A stretch of 52,499 nt of DNA from Saprolegnia diclina VS20 (Eukaryota), in assembly GCF_000281045.1 (NCBI RefSeq), contig NW_008246094.1, positions 569,645 to 622,143 of the forward strand, in the 5' to 3' direction. Below the pieces are notes generated by a model. The model saw only the letters and a list, made by a program, of their open reading frames with translations. It was not told the DNA's origin and searched no databases. The position numbers were made by a program, and so were the translations under genes. This document shows positions 34,568-45,482 of this stretch, one piece after another; position 1 is the stretch's first letter; each line of letters starts with the position of its first letter.

Positions 34568-35592
34568 CTACGCCACGGCGTCGTCGCGTATGCAGGAAAA
34601 TGCGCCCAGAAGATGCCTGAAGGTCGGGCGAAGTGCTGGCTGGGCATCGACACATGCGTGGTAGATCTCCAGAATTCTTTGCGGCGCTGCCTCTGGTAGC
34701 GTCGGTCGCGCGCCGTCGTAGACAATGCTAATCAGCAGCTGCATGCGGCTCCGATAGTTGGTAAACGGTCTTTTCTGCGTAAACAGTTCGTAGAGCACTA
34801 GGACACAGGACTGAGATATGCCGTCGTTGAAAGTGCCAGCGGACGTACGCATGCCAAAGCTGTAGACATCGGCCGCCTCGCTCTGCACGCAGTCGCCACG
34901 CAAGACTTCGGGAGCCAGCCACGTCGGAACGGTACACAACGGCAACATCTCTTCGGACGCCAAGGCGGCGAGTCCAATATCGCCGACCTTGCACATAGCA
35001 TTCGCATCACGCCTGGAGAACATCTTTGAGTACTCAACCATGTCATTTCTCGACGGAGTTTTACGGGAAGAAGACGGTGGCGGATGTCAAGGTGTGGGGG
35101 TAGACGCCGTCGTTGATTGCGTGAGACCGAAGGTACTGCATCGCGACGCAGACCGAGCGTGCTGCTGCGAGTCCGTGGGAGGCCCACGTCCAATGCACCG
35201 ATGGGCTAGTAAGTACGGAGCGTAGCGACCCGCCGTCCATCCACTCCATCGCGATATATCTAGAGCGACATAAGCCGAACTATATACCATTGGTGAACAC
35301 GTACAAGTTGTCATGGGCGTCCATGCAGCACCCGACAAAGGACACAACGTTGTCGTGCTGGAGACGAGAGAGAAGCGATATATGCTGGACAAACACGTCC
35401 CGCTTGGCGTCGACAGAGTGCTTGGGGAAGCGGCGGAGAGCAATATTCGTGCTGCTGTTGTACACGCCTCGAAACACATTTTTTCTTTCGTAAAGTGGCG
35501 AAGCGTGGAAGACCACGGCGTCCAAGGGCAATTGAACACAAGCAAAGGCACCGAGTATCGTCATTTCGATGACACCAAACGTATAGTGCCAT
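34568..35592 (-). CDS. TKL-family pseudokinase, multi-exon (5' end uncertain)
   Basis: IALRRF (beta3 Lys replaced), QHISLL (alphaC Glu lost), LQHDNVVSFVGCC, EWMDGGSL, catalytic loop YPHTLTSATVF, CKVGDIG, WLAPEVL, DVYSFG, CVDAQPALRPTF. Confidence 0.8.
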
Positions 35593-35784
35593 TCGAACTA
35601 TTTGCGGCGTCTACAACCAACAATAGGCGTGACGAATCATGGCACACGCCGCGCTGGTGCTTGTCACCGGCAACTGGATTTCTTTGTGAAATTGTTGGCG
35701 GCTGTTTCTAGTTCAAATCAACTAAAGTGATACATTGATTTCTGTCTCGAATTCGTACGAGCTGTGTAAACTTGATAGACCGTA

Positions 35785-35820
35785 TCGGGTCTCTACTCGG
35801 GTCTCTACTCGGGTCTCTAC
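35785..35820. repeat. Tandem repeat (TCGGGTCTCTAC)x3
   Basis: Three perfect 12-bp copies. Confidence 0.95.
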
Positions 35821-36388
35821 GTTTGGACCTTTCCACCTCGTTCTGTCGCGCGAACGAGGACGGTGGGATGGACGAAGCATCGAATCTGAATGCTAACTAA
35901 AAAATTATTTGGATTCAGGCGAGTGTACGACCTCACCAACGTTTTTGCCGTGAAGTTTATCGCGCCTGCGTCGTGGCAGAATGGACGATCAAAATACGCA
36001 GAATATCTCGCCATTTCTTCTTAGCCAATCAACGTCTTTCAAAGGAAAGACATTACCCAATCACCGGTGAGACCCAATGGGTGAGACCAGCACTCGTGAT
36101 ATTGTGACCGACACCTGTGACGCTGGTGATGGCCTGCACTGGACGATATTCAGCATAACGACCTACGGTCGATCCTTGTGACCGAGGGAGGCGGCTATTC
36201 TCACTGCATGGCCTGGGCGGTCTAGGCGAGCGCCCGTCCTTTGGCCAACTGCCGATATGACGCATCGAACCTTGATTCGTCAATCGCTATTGTAAGAAGA
36301 ATGACCTATTGTACACAAATGAACCAGCTTTTTTGTCGACAAAATATGCGTATATTGTCGTATTAAATACATTTCTGCGTATCTCGCT

Positions 36389-38321
36389 CTAGGTCGTGCG
36401 GCTTCCGGCGCTGTGCTCGTCGTCCGAGTCCCCTTCGTACAGGCTGTCTCCATCATCGTTTTCATCATCATCGTCGTCGTTGAGATAGCGCATGCGGGCA
36501 GCCGCCAAGCGCGCGTCGAGGTCGTTCCCGACGCTCGAGCGCGGACTCGACTCGACCGACGACGTTGAGAGCTCCGTGTTGCCCATGATGAACGTCTGCT
36601 CGCGGGCATAGCGCTCGCGCGCCATCGCCAGCCGCGCGTCCAAGTCCAAGTCCTTGAAGTGCACACTCTTCTTGGAGCTGCTCGCAGTGTTGTACTGCGA
36701 AAGCGTCGACGTCACCGAGAGCTCGGTCGCGTTCTGCTGCTCGCGCCGGTAGCGCTCCATGGCCTGCACAAGGCGAACGTCGAGCGTGTTGGGGTTCGTG
36801 CTCGCCATCGAGCGGCTCGATGCGAGCACCGACCGCGTCAGCGTCGAAAGGAACGTGCTCATTTCACGCGAGCTCATGTCAAAGCCCTCGGCCATGAGCT
36901 GGTCGCGGACGTACCCGAGCATCAAATTTGTATACGCCTAGGACAAATGCGTGAGCTGGTGTGAGAGACAAGGTCGGTGCTTCGTACGACGGTGGCTTCT
37001 TGCTGCACCAAGCGGACTTGAAAGTCGGGCGGGACCGAGACGGCGGTCCCACACGCCGAGTCAAACGCAGATTGGCACAAATCCAAGTGGTTGTGCGGCC
37101 GCGTGTCGAGCGCCGCGACGGGCGACACCGCCGGCATGACGTACGACCGCAAAATCGCATGCGACCCGGGGCGCGACGACGCTTTGGACGACTTGGCCGC
37201 CGACGACGGCTGCGACGACGCGAGCGAGTGGCGCGACTCGGGCAGCGAGTGGTGCGACGGCGTCCGCGCCATCTGCGGGCGCTGGCTTTCATCGACGGTC
37301 TCGGGCTCATCGTGGGGCCAGGCCTTCTCGTCCTAGGATCCATGCACATCACTAGAGATGACACAGAGGCACGTGAACACGTACCGCGCACGGCGCGAGG
37401 TCCGAGTACGACGGCCAGAGGTGCAGAAGCGCCGAGACCGCCCCAAAGATGGAGAGACCGATGCCGTGGAGGCCACAGTACGTGGGCATGGTCGCGCCAA
37501 CGTAGCCATTCGACGGGTTGCTGTCCATCAAGACGAGGTTGACGCCGTACAAGAGCAGCATCCCGGCCGTGAGCGCCGTGTAGACGCAGTTGGCGAACGG
37601 CGCGTAGAGCTCCGGATGCGACCGGAGGCGGCGGAGAAGCGACGGGACCATGGCGAGGAAGATGACGAGGCCAAAGAGCAGCTGCGCGTAGAAGAGCATG
37701 AATGCATGGCGCGGGCGGACGATCCAGCACGTCTTGGTCTCGGCGTTGAAGCCAAACGCGTTGCGTGAGAGCCCGAGCGCGAGGAGGATCGAGGGTACGC
37801 AGCAGAGGAGGCAGTAGTACATCGAGTCGTACGAGCTCACGACCGAGTACGGCAGCTGGCGCCCGAGCACCTACAACAAGCAACGTATTGCTTGAGCGCA
37901 GAGATCGCGTGGAGTCGATGCGGACCATGTACAAGACGACGACGGTCAGGATCCAATTCCAGACGACGAGCGACGCGAAAAACTGGTAGCCGAGGCCGAG
38001 GACGCGGCAGGTGGCGACGCTGCCGTGCGACGTGGGCGCCGACTGGTCGCGGATGCTGTCGAGCACCATGGTCGCGGCGAGGAGCACCGAGTAGCCGCTA
38101 GCAGTGGCACGACACAGCATGAGGCCATGGTGGATGCTGCAACTCGCTCCTCACCATGTCAGCATCGCGAGGTTCGCCGGGAACCGCCGGCTTTGGGCGC
38201 GCTGGAGCTTGTACGTAAAGGCGCCGGCGGACAAGATGAGCGAGATGATGTTGAGCACCTTCGTCGGCGTCTTCATGTCGTCGGCGCACGAGCCGTACGC
38301 GGCCGCCATGGCGCTGCTCAT
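36389..38321 (-). CDS. Putative 7TM GPCR-like protein (cAMP-receptor/class E-like) with a long cytoplasmic tail; multi-exon
   Basis: Hydrophobic helices across exons: VLNIISLILSAGAFTY, RRFPANLAML, CRVLGLGYQFFASLVVWNWILTVVVLYM, YYCLLCCVPSILLALGL, FGFNAETKTCWI, FMLFYAQLLFGLVIFLAMV, YTALTAGMLLLYGVNLV, CGLHGIGLSIFGAV. The TM3 Cys and loop-2 CWI pair is typical of GPCRs. Confidence 0.7.
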
Positions 38322-39396
38322 GCTGCTGCTCCCAAACTGGCCTTCGACTAGACCGTACTTGTTGGGGCGAGACGTTCATTTTAACTCTAACATTTAAATA
38401 TACATACAAACATCTAGATTCAGAGGATGAATAATAAAACTCCCTCGCTTGCCCGCAAATAAAAGCGACCACCAAGGGTTCAGTCGCACGACGATCGACT
38501 GGCACTTCCCTTCTTGCGTTGATTTTCGAGGAAAAAGAAGTAAAATATGCCAGTGAGCTCTGTTTGTAGAGAAAAAACCGCGAGCCACCGCGGCAAATGC
38601 CACGGCGCTCGCAAGGCCACAGTACCTTGCGTGTATGCATGCCAATATGATACTCGATGCAGATATCACAGCTTCCTTGCGCTCGCAGTCGTCGGTTCTA
38701 TGCAATCCCGCCACGCGCGTCCACAGCGGACGCCGTGTCGCGATCTTCAGCGACGACGGCGTGCTGCCGGCGCCGAAGCCGACGGTGTCCCTACGAGCGC
38801 CACAGAGTGGCATGGGCAGAGCATGTCGCCAAAGCGAAAGAGTGGAAGCCATGTCCGATTCAACTTTTGACGGCCAACCATGGCCATCGCGACATGAACC
38901 TCGCGGGATCGAACCCAGATGCCATCAACATCCTTGGCGAGCTCAACGTGGCGCGGGCAGCGCCAGTACAACACGCCGCGTACGAGTACACAGTACGCTC
39001 GAGCCAAATTTTCGCTTCGTTCGACAAGGCGTGCGACATCGAGTGAAGGCCAGGACCGCGCTCGGCCCTCGGTCCGCAACTGTCGAGTCCGAGGCGGAGG
39101 CAAGGGTGCCAATCACTTGAAAGGTTGGCAGTACGAGGCTGGGTTTGGTGCCCGCCATTTCGACACCAAGTGTGGGACAGACTGCGCATCTCCACGCAGG
39201 ATGCAAGCGAAGCAAGTGCAAAGTGGCGCGGCGTGCGATTAGCGTATTTATGCATCGCATAGACAACCGCAGGTATCTGCTGCGTCGAGGCTAAATCCAC
39301 CCAAGTGGCAGCATTACGCGCTGGTTACGTACAGTAGGCGTCGGCCATGCCCAGCGTCTTTGAACCTCATTCTCTGAACATCGATATCTCCATCAC

Positions 39397-40590
39397 ATGG
39401 GCGCCTGCTGCTCCAACGACACGGTCCAGCTGCCGCCGTCGACGATCGCTCTGCGGTCCGTGCCCGTGCCGGCGCCGCCCAAGGCCGCCAAGAAGATCCA
39501 CTCGAGCGAGTACAAGGTGGACATGTCGTCGTCGGGCGAGCACCAGCCCGCGCCCGAGCCCGCCACCAATGACGAAGACAGCGACGATGTGGTCGCGTCG
39601 CCGACGCGCGCCAAGAAGGGCCGCGTCGCTTCGGTCACGTCGCGTCAGCTGCGGTCGTCGACCGTCCGGCGCATGTACGGCAACCTCAAAAAGTACGCCC
39701 AGTCGGTCGACGAGGTGTTCCACCGCGATACGTCGCCCGACCGCTTCATCACGTTCAACTCGTACGAGTACGACGAGCTCGCACCGCTCCAGCACGAGTG
39801 GTGGATCGACCCGACGGCCATCACCGACACGCGCGCGATTCCTTCCGTGACCATGGTCTGCGAGTATGCGTTTCTTGACGGCCAAGAGGTCTTTATCAAG
39901 CGCCTTGACCGCAACGCGTCGTCGCACAAGCTGTCGCGGTCCCGCCGACTGCTCATGGCCGAAGTTCACATCGGTGCCAAGGTCGAGCACCCGTTCATTG
40001 CGACCTTCCTTGGCTTTTGCATCACGCCGTACTCGGGTCTGAGCTGCGTCTCGGAGTTTGTGCACGGCTCGTCGCTCCTCGAGATGCTTTCGTCCGGACC
40101 ACTGAGCTGGCACGAACACAAGCTGCCGTGGGCGCGCCAGATCGCCGCCGCACTCGTGTACCTCCACAGCATGCAGATCACGCACCGCAACCTCAAGCCC
40201 GACACGATCCTCATCACTGCCAAGACGGGCGCCGTCAAGCTCCTCGGCATGGGCCACGGGGCGACGAGCTCGTTTGTGAACCACCATCCGCCGACGACGA
40301 GCGAGTGGAGCGCGCCCGAGCTCCTCCAGGGCCGCGACGTGAGCGAAAAGACGGACGTGTACTCGTTCGGGCTCGTGCTTCTGTCGCTCGAGCTCCAAGC
40401 CTCGCCGTTCGCCGCCGCCAGCGCCCACTACCACGAGCTCATGATGAAGATTTTGACCGGGACGCTGAAACCGGTGGTGCCAGCGACGAGCCCCGTCGCC
40501 GACATCCTCCACGACTGTCTGCAGTACCCACCCGCGCGACGACCGACGATGGCGGTCGTGGCCTCTCGCCTCGACGGCCTCTCACTGTAG
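39397..40590 (+). CDS. TKL-family pseudokinase with a myristoylation/palmitoylation N-terminus, intronless
   Basis: MGACCS start, VFIKRL, HPFIATFLGF, HRNLKPDTIL (catalytic Asp to Asn), KLLGMG in place of DFG, WSAPELL, DVYSFG, CLQYPPARRPTM. Confidence 0.9.
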   Translation: MGACCSNDTVQLPPSTIALRSVPVPAPPKAAKKIHSSEYKVDMSSSGEHQPAPEPATNDEDSDDVVASPTRAKKGRVASVTSRQLRSSTVRRMYGNLKKYAQSVDEVFHRDTSPDRFITFNSYEYDELAPLQHEWWIDPTAITDTRAIPSVTMVCEYAFLDGQEVFIKRLDRNASSHKLSRSRRLLMAEVHIGAKVEHPFIATFLGFCITPYSGLSCVSEFVHGSSLLEMLSSGPLSWHEHKLPWARQIAAALVYLHSMQITHRNLKPDTILITAKTGAVKLLGMGHGATSSFVNHHPPTTSEWSAPELLQGRDVSEKTDVYSFGLVLLSLELQASPFAAASAHYHELMMKILTGTLKPVVPATSPVADILHDCLQYPPARRPTMAVVASRLDGLSL

Positions 40591-41030
40591 ACTGCACTGC
40601 TACCTTGTTCGTTCTCGTCGTTGTCCTAACCTAATCCTATCTTATTGCAACACATAAACCACTCGCGCCATGGAAACGCCCGCGGATGCGAGTAGCTAGC
40701 GCTGACGCGCTGTGCGTCGATGGCCGCGTCCGCTCCGCGCCAGTGCTACAAATGCAAATCCCAGTCCTCAGCGATCAACTACCTACTGGATCAGATGGGT
40801 AACGCGCGACGACCTTTCTGAGATCTTGGATCGACGAGAGTATCGCTGCGTCTCCATGAACATCGTGTGTCGCGTTGCACCAAGGGAAATGCCCGTCAAT
40901 CGCGTCGCTCCAGTGCATTCTTGCCAAAGTGCTGGCGTTAGGATACTTGGATACTTGTCCACTGGTAATATCCGACTATCCAATGCGATATCCAATTCGA
41001 CAGCATCGACAATACAAGATCGCGTCCTGT

Positions 41031-41878
41031 TCAATTTGACGAGCCAGCGCCGGGCGGCCGACGATGACGTGGCACTCGTAGACGCAAGAACGTCCGGACG
41101 CGTTCAAAGTCGGTCACGGACGCGAACCCGATCGTGATGAAATGCTGACGGTTGCGGTGGTCGTAGTCGCTGCCAAACTCGTCGAGAGCGTGGCCAATCT
41201 TGAACTTCAAGCTACGCAATTGCGTCAAATAAGGTCACGACGCAAGCACGGACCTCGTCGCGCGGCCGTCCAACGTGACTTGCGTCATGTCGCGGTAGTA
41301 CATGACCATGGCAATGTCCCGTGACGCGACTAAAAACTGGTACTTACACGCGGTCTCGTCAAAGCGCGCGGGCGACGGAAATTTGCACTCGAGGCGACCG
41401 ACCGTCATGCTCGACGTCGGCACGATGAGGTCGCCGCCGACGTTCGGCGGTCGCAGCGACTCGACGAGTGTCTGCGCCTGCTGCCCGATGGACGCCAGCT
41501 GCGCCGAGAGCGACGGCCGCTCGACGCGCCGCTTGACCACAACGTGGTTTCGGTTGTTGGAGCTCGTTGGTCGGACCGTGACGCGCTTGGCGTCGTCTTG
41601 CGTGGAGCGCGTCTTGTGCTGGGGTGCGTCGCATGTGCTTGAGGTCGTGGGACTGCAATGACTCTGAATGTCGGCGATGACGAGGCTCGATGCGCTCTTC
41701 TTGGGCGTCGCGATGTAGTAGGACGGGAGGCTGTCACCCTTGAAGCGCTGCATGGCAACGCGTTAAATATAGCATCATCGAAGACAATAGTGTCCAACTG
41801 TAACGTCGTCATCTCTCGCTCAACAAGGTCGTTGATCCGAGTTTTTGCTCGATCCTGCAAACGGTGCTGCCACGTCAT
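41031..41878 (-). CDS. Hypothetical protein, multi-exon, with a beta-rich C-terminal domain (5' end uncertain)
   Basis: Codon-biased ORFs 41235-41753 and 41031-41228, joinable by a short intron (VGRLECKFPSPARF...MVMYYRDM / LKFKIGHALDEFGSDYD...ITIGF). Confidence 0.55.
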
Positions 41879-42189
41879 TCCAACTTGGAACACGTTTGCC
41901 GAGCACGCCGCATGGTTGTCAACGCGAGCCGGCGCCCCCGTCGCTGTACCACACAACGCCGCATGGGCGGCAGAAGGTGACCGCTTCTCGAGTGGTCCTC
42001 AACTGGGTCCGATGTCCCATCAAGCCAGACCTGCTTTGCTATAGTTTAGGAGCTGGGAACTGGCTCGGCCAATCAAAGGCGGCTATCGAAATGGAACTGC
42101 CGGCTCATGACGACGGCTCGCACCAGATGGCCGACCGCGCCTCGAAGTGCGATGCACCGCCACTTGCACATTGGAGATTTCGACGAGCC

Positions 42190-42870
42190 ATGGCCGCCCT
42201 GCCCGAGTCGCTGCTCATCTTTGCCCTCGTCCTTGGCGGTGCCACGGCGCTCTGCGGCCACCGCTACATCCAGCACATTGGGCTTACGCTTCTTCTCCTC
42301 GAGTACTTTTTCATTCTGACGCTCAACCAAGTCGCGGCCGTCGTCACCGTCCTCGCGCTCACCGTGTACCTCGTGATCGCCAAGTCCCGGCACGTCCTCG
42401 CCGACTGGGCCTACGCCGGCCTCCGCGCCGTCGTTTGCCTCGGCGGTATCCTCGGCCTCTGCCTCTTTCTCTACTACGCCAACGCGACGACCCTCGACGT
42501 CGTGACTCTTGGCTGCTGCGGCGCGACGGCGGTGATCTTTGTCGGTATGTTTGCCTTCTGCGACGACCGTGTGAGCTTCATTGTGACGACCTCAGTGCTC
42601 GGGACCGTTCTCGTGATCACCACGGCGGCTCTGTGGGACAATGACGCCCTCGTGCTGCAGATCTGGCATCTTCCGAGCGCGGCCTTCCTCCTGCTCTTGA
42701 GCTGTAGCGTGCAGTGGCATGTGGCCCACATGAGCCCTGCACCGAGCACGCGCTTGCTCTGGGAGACGCCACGTCACAGCAACGTCACGGCGCCCGCGAC
42801 GCCGACGCCCAAGGCCGACATTGCCGCCACACCACGCGACAATGAGGCCCACCCGCCGAGTATTGTCTGA
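42190..42870 (+). CDS. Multi-pass membrane protein, DUF4203 (TM7S3/TMEM198)-like
   Basis: About 7 hydrophobic segments; GGATALCGHRY near the start, GGILG centrally and IVTTSVLG near the end resemble the DUF4203 pattern. Confidence 0.65.
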   Translation: MAALPESLLIFALVLGGATALCGHRYIQHIGLTLLLLEYFFILTLNQVAAVVTVLALTVYLVIAKSRHVLADWAYAGLRAVVCLGGILGLCLFLYYANATTLDVVTLGCCGATAVIFVGMFAFCDDRVSFIVTTSVLGTVLVITTAALWDNDALVLQIWHLPSAAFLLLLSCSVQWHVAHMSPAPSTRLLWETPRHSNVTAPATPTPKADIAATPRDNEAHPPSIV

Positions 42871-43362
42871 TGGCAGTCACCAGGAAACCAATAATTTATT
42901 CTTCCCATGACATTCCACATCGAATATTGAAAGCTTTCGTCGCTGCCCGTTCTGGGAGAGCTGCTGGGAGTCAACCAGAAGACAGACCACACCAGCCGGG
43001 TTCTCGTGGAACTGCAAACTCCATTTTGTGTACGATAGACCGGTGTAACAAGGTGCAACAAGGTGTGGCGACCTCTACACCCGCGTTGCATCTGCCCTAC
43101 GCTCTCGTGAGATCGAAACAGCGCCCGCCAACGACGAGTTTGGCCAACACGGTTCAACGACGAGCGATAGCGCGGACCACTTGGTGGTAGCCAGCACGGA
43201 CGCACCGTTGCTGCTAGTCACGCCGCTGCTCTCGGAAGCGTACCCGACCTTTGACACTCTCAGAATGTCGTAGACGCCTCATTTCTACTAGCCACACCTC
43301 TGCTTGGCACGACCCCGAGGCAAGGAAGTAGGCAACACATAACGACAGTTCATTCAACACGT

Positions 43363-44433
43363 TTACGCTTCGTTGAGCGTGATCGTCTTGATGATACGGC
43401 CCGTGACGACGTACGGGTCCATGTTGGAGGCCGGGCGGCGGTCCTCAAAGTAGCCCTTGCCCTCGGCTTCGGCCTGGCGCGGGATGCGGATCGACGCGCC
43501 GCGGTTGGCGACACCGTACGAAAACTGGTCGATCGACGCCGTCTCGTGGCGGCCCGTGAGCCGGCGCTCGTTGCCCGTGCCGTAGACCGCAATGTGCACC
43601 TTGTGCTTGAGCTTGAGCTTCTCGAGCGCCTCGATGATCTTGGCCATGCCGCCGTCTTCGCGCATCGCCTTGGTCGACACGTTGGTGTGGCAGCCGGCGC
43701 CGTTCCAGTCGCCCGGAATCGGCTTCGGGTCAAACGACACGAACACGCCAAAGTCCTCGCACACGCGCAGCATGATGTAGCGCGAGATCCAGAGCTGGTC
43801 GCCCGACTCGATGCCCGTGCACGGCCCGACCTGGTACTCCCACTGACCCGGCATCACCTCGGCGTTGATGCCCGAGACGCGGACGCCGGCGTAGAGGCAC
43901 GCGCGGTAGTGCGCGTCGGCGATGAGGCGGCCAAAGGCCGAGTGCGCGCCGGCGCCACAATAGTACGGACCCTGCGGCCCCGGGAAGCCGCCCTTGGGCC
44001 ACCCGTACGGCGTCACCTGGTCCTTCTCAAAGAGCGTGTACTCTTGCTCGATGCCAAACCACGGCACGTGCGCCTTGGCCGCCTCCATGACGCGCGCCGC
44101 GTCAAAGCGCGTGTTGGTCGGGATCGGCGTCATGTCGGGCTTGTAGCAGTCGCAGAGCACAAGGATATGGTTGCCGCGGCGGAACGGGTCCTTGTAGATG
44201 GCGGCCGGCTTGAGCATCACCTCCGAGTCCTCGCCCGGCGCTTGACCGGTACTCGAGCCGTCAAAGTTCCAGATCGGGAGGTCGGCGACCGACGTCGGCG
44301 GCTTGTCGAGCGTGCGTGTCTTGCAGCGGAGGTCCTGGCCCGAGCCGCCGATCCAGACGTACTCGGCTTGGATGTAGCTGCCCGTGTCGAGGCTCGCATA
44401 CGAGTCGTAGACGGCGCGGTCGAGCTTGCTCAT
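43363..44433 (-). CDS. GLN1: Glutamine synthetase type II, copy 1 (356 aa)
   Basis: [98 protein letters not shown]. Confidence 0.98.
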   Translation of the reverse strand: MSKLDRAVYDSYASLDTGSYIQAEYVWIGGSGQDLRCKTRTLDKPPTSVADLPIWNFDGSSTGQAPGEDSEVMLKPAAIYKDPFRRGNHILVLCDCYKPDMTPIPTNTRFDAARVMEAAKAHVPWFGIEQEYTLFEKDQVTPYGWPKGGFPGPQGPYYCGAGAHSAFGRLIADAHYRACLYAGVRVSGINAEVMPGQWEYQVGPCTGIESGDQLWISRYIMLRVCEDFGVFVSFDPKPIPGDWNGAGCHTNVSTKAMREDGGMAKIIEALEKLKLKHKVHIAVYGTGNERRLTGRHETASIDQFSYGVANRGASIRIPRQAEAEGKGYFEDRRPASNMDPYVVTGRIIKTITLNEA

Positions 44434-44685
44434 GGTAGTGGTGGTGTCGAGGTGGCAGAAGCAAATGTGAGCAAAGCACGAAATGGCGCTTGCGCTGCTG
44501 GCAACAGAGGCGCGAGGTCCGAAGATCGCTCTTGGCTGCTTGACGCAGAACGTTCCCGTGGCTGCGGCGCGCTCTGTTGCGTCAACAGGCCTTTGTCAAA
44601 GATTGGCCTGCTCGACGCGGATTGGCTGCGGCCAAAATGGCAACTTCAACTTTGCGCCGGATCAGACAGGCGTCCGAAAATCCAC

Positions 44686-44713
44686 TTAGAAATCGGACAT
44701 GTCCGATTTCTAA
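44686..44713. repeat. Perfect 28-bp palindrome in the divergent GS promoter spacer
   Basis: TTAGAAATCGGACATGTCCGATTTCTAA equals its own reverse complement. Confidence 0.95.
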
Positions 44714-45443
44714 TATGCGATTCGGCGCCGATTTCGCCCCAGATAAAAGTGTGAAACCAGGATTCTAGGATGTTTCGTAGTGCCACGTGGGTCCGAGCTC
44801 CCACCGAAAAGATGTGCTCGAAAAGGTTCCCCGAGGAGGAAGAGGAAGAACTTACCGCCAACCAGGTGCTTTGTCATGGGTGACATTGACGCGCCCGAGT
44901 CGATTGACACATCGGCCAAGCTCTCTACTGGATGGGCGCAGATCACCCGTGGCCATAAGAACGGGACAATAAGACGAAACGGTCAGGACGTCCCTGAAGT
45001 GCCGACGCAAGAACGCCAAGGACGTCCGCGGGCTCCTGGTAACCGACGTTACGTGGGTCATGGCGGATGGCCTTGAATGGATGACGATGCTCATTGACCG
45101 GTGGCATAAAACCCACACTGCGGGCGGCCTGGTCCGACGCCACGAGTATCCACGTACGCTTCAGCCAGGTTGGCATGCGCAATCGGCGGCGGGTCCCAAA
45201 CCAATTTGGCTGTTGAAACACCCAAGAATTAGGCTTGAAATCCCTTGAATCTTCTCCACGACTGACCGTTGAATCGCAATCGGAGGTGCGCAATCTCGTC
45301 GAAATTTCCCCCGCCAATCACGTCGCGTTTCGATAAATTTGCACCAATGCATGCACATCAAACCAGTGCATTTCGGCCAATAGCATGCAGCGGACTAAGA
45401 TCTTTCCCGTGGATCCCCGAGCCCTGGCCCAGGGCCGTCATTT

Positions 45444-45461
45444 GCTCACTTCTGCTTCTGC
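45444..45461 (+). promoter_or_regulatory. Oomycete Inr-like core promoter element upstream of GS copy 2 (mirrored upstream of copy 1)
   Basis: GCTCACTTCTGCTTCTGC about 40 bp before the ATG resembles the oomycete initiator consensus GCYCAYTY; copy 1 has GCTCACATTTGCTTCTGC. Confidence 0.5.
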
Positions 45462-45482
45462 CACCTCGACACCACCACTACC

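Noticed and set aside
38635..39300. ORFs between the GPCR-like gene and the MGACCS kinase
   Set aside because: No homology or coding signature; treated as divergent promoter/UTR sequence.
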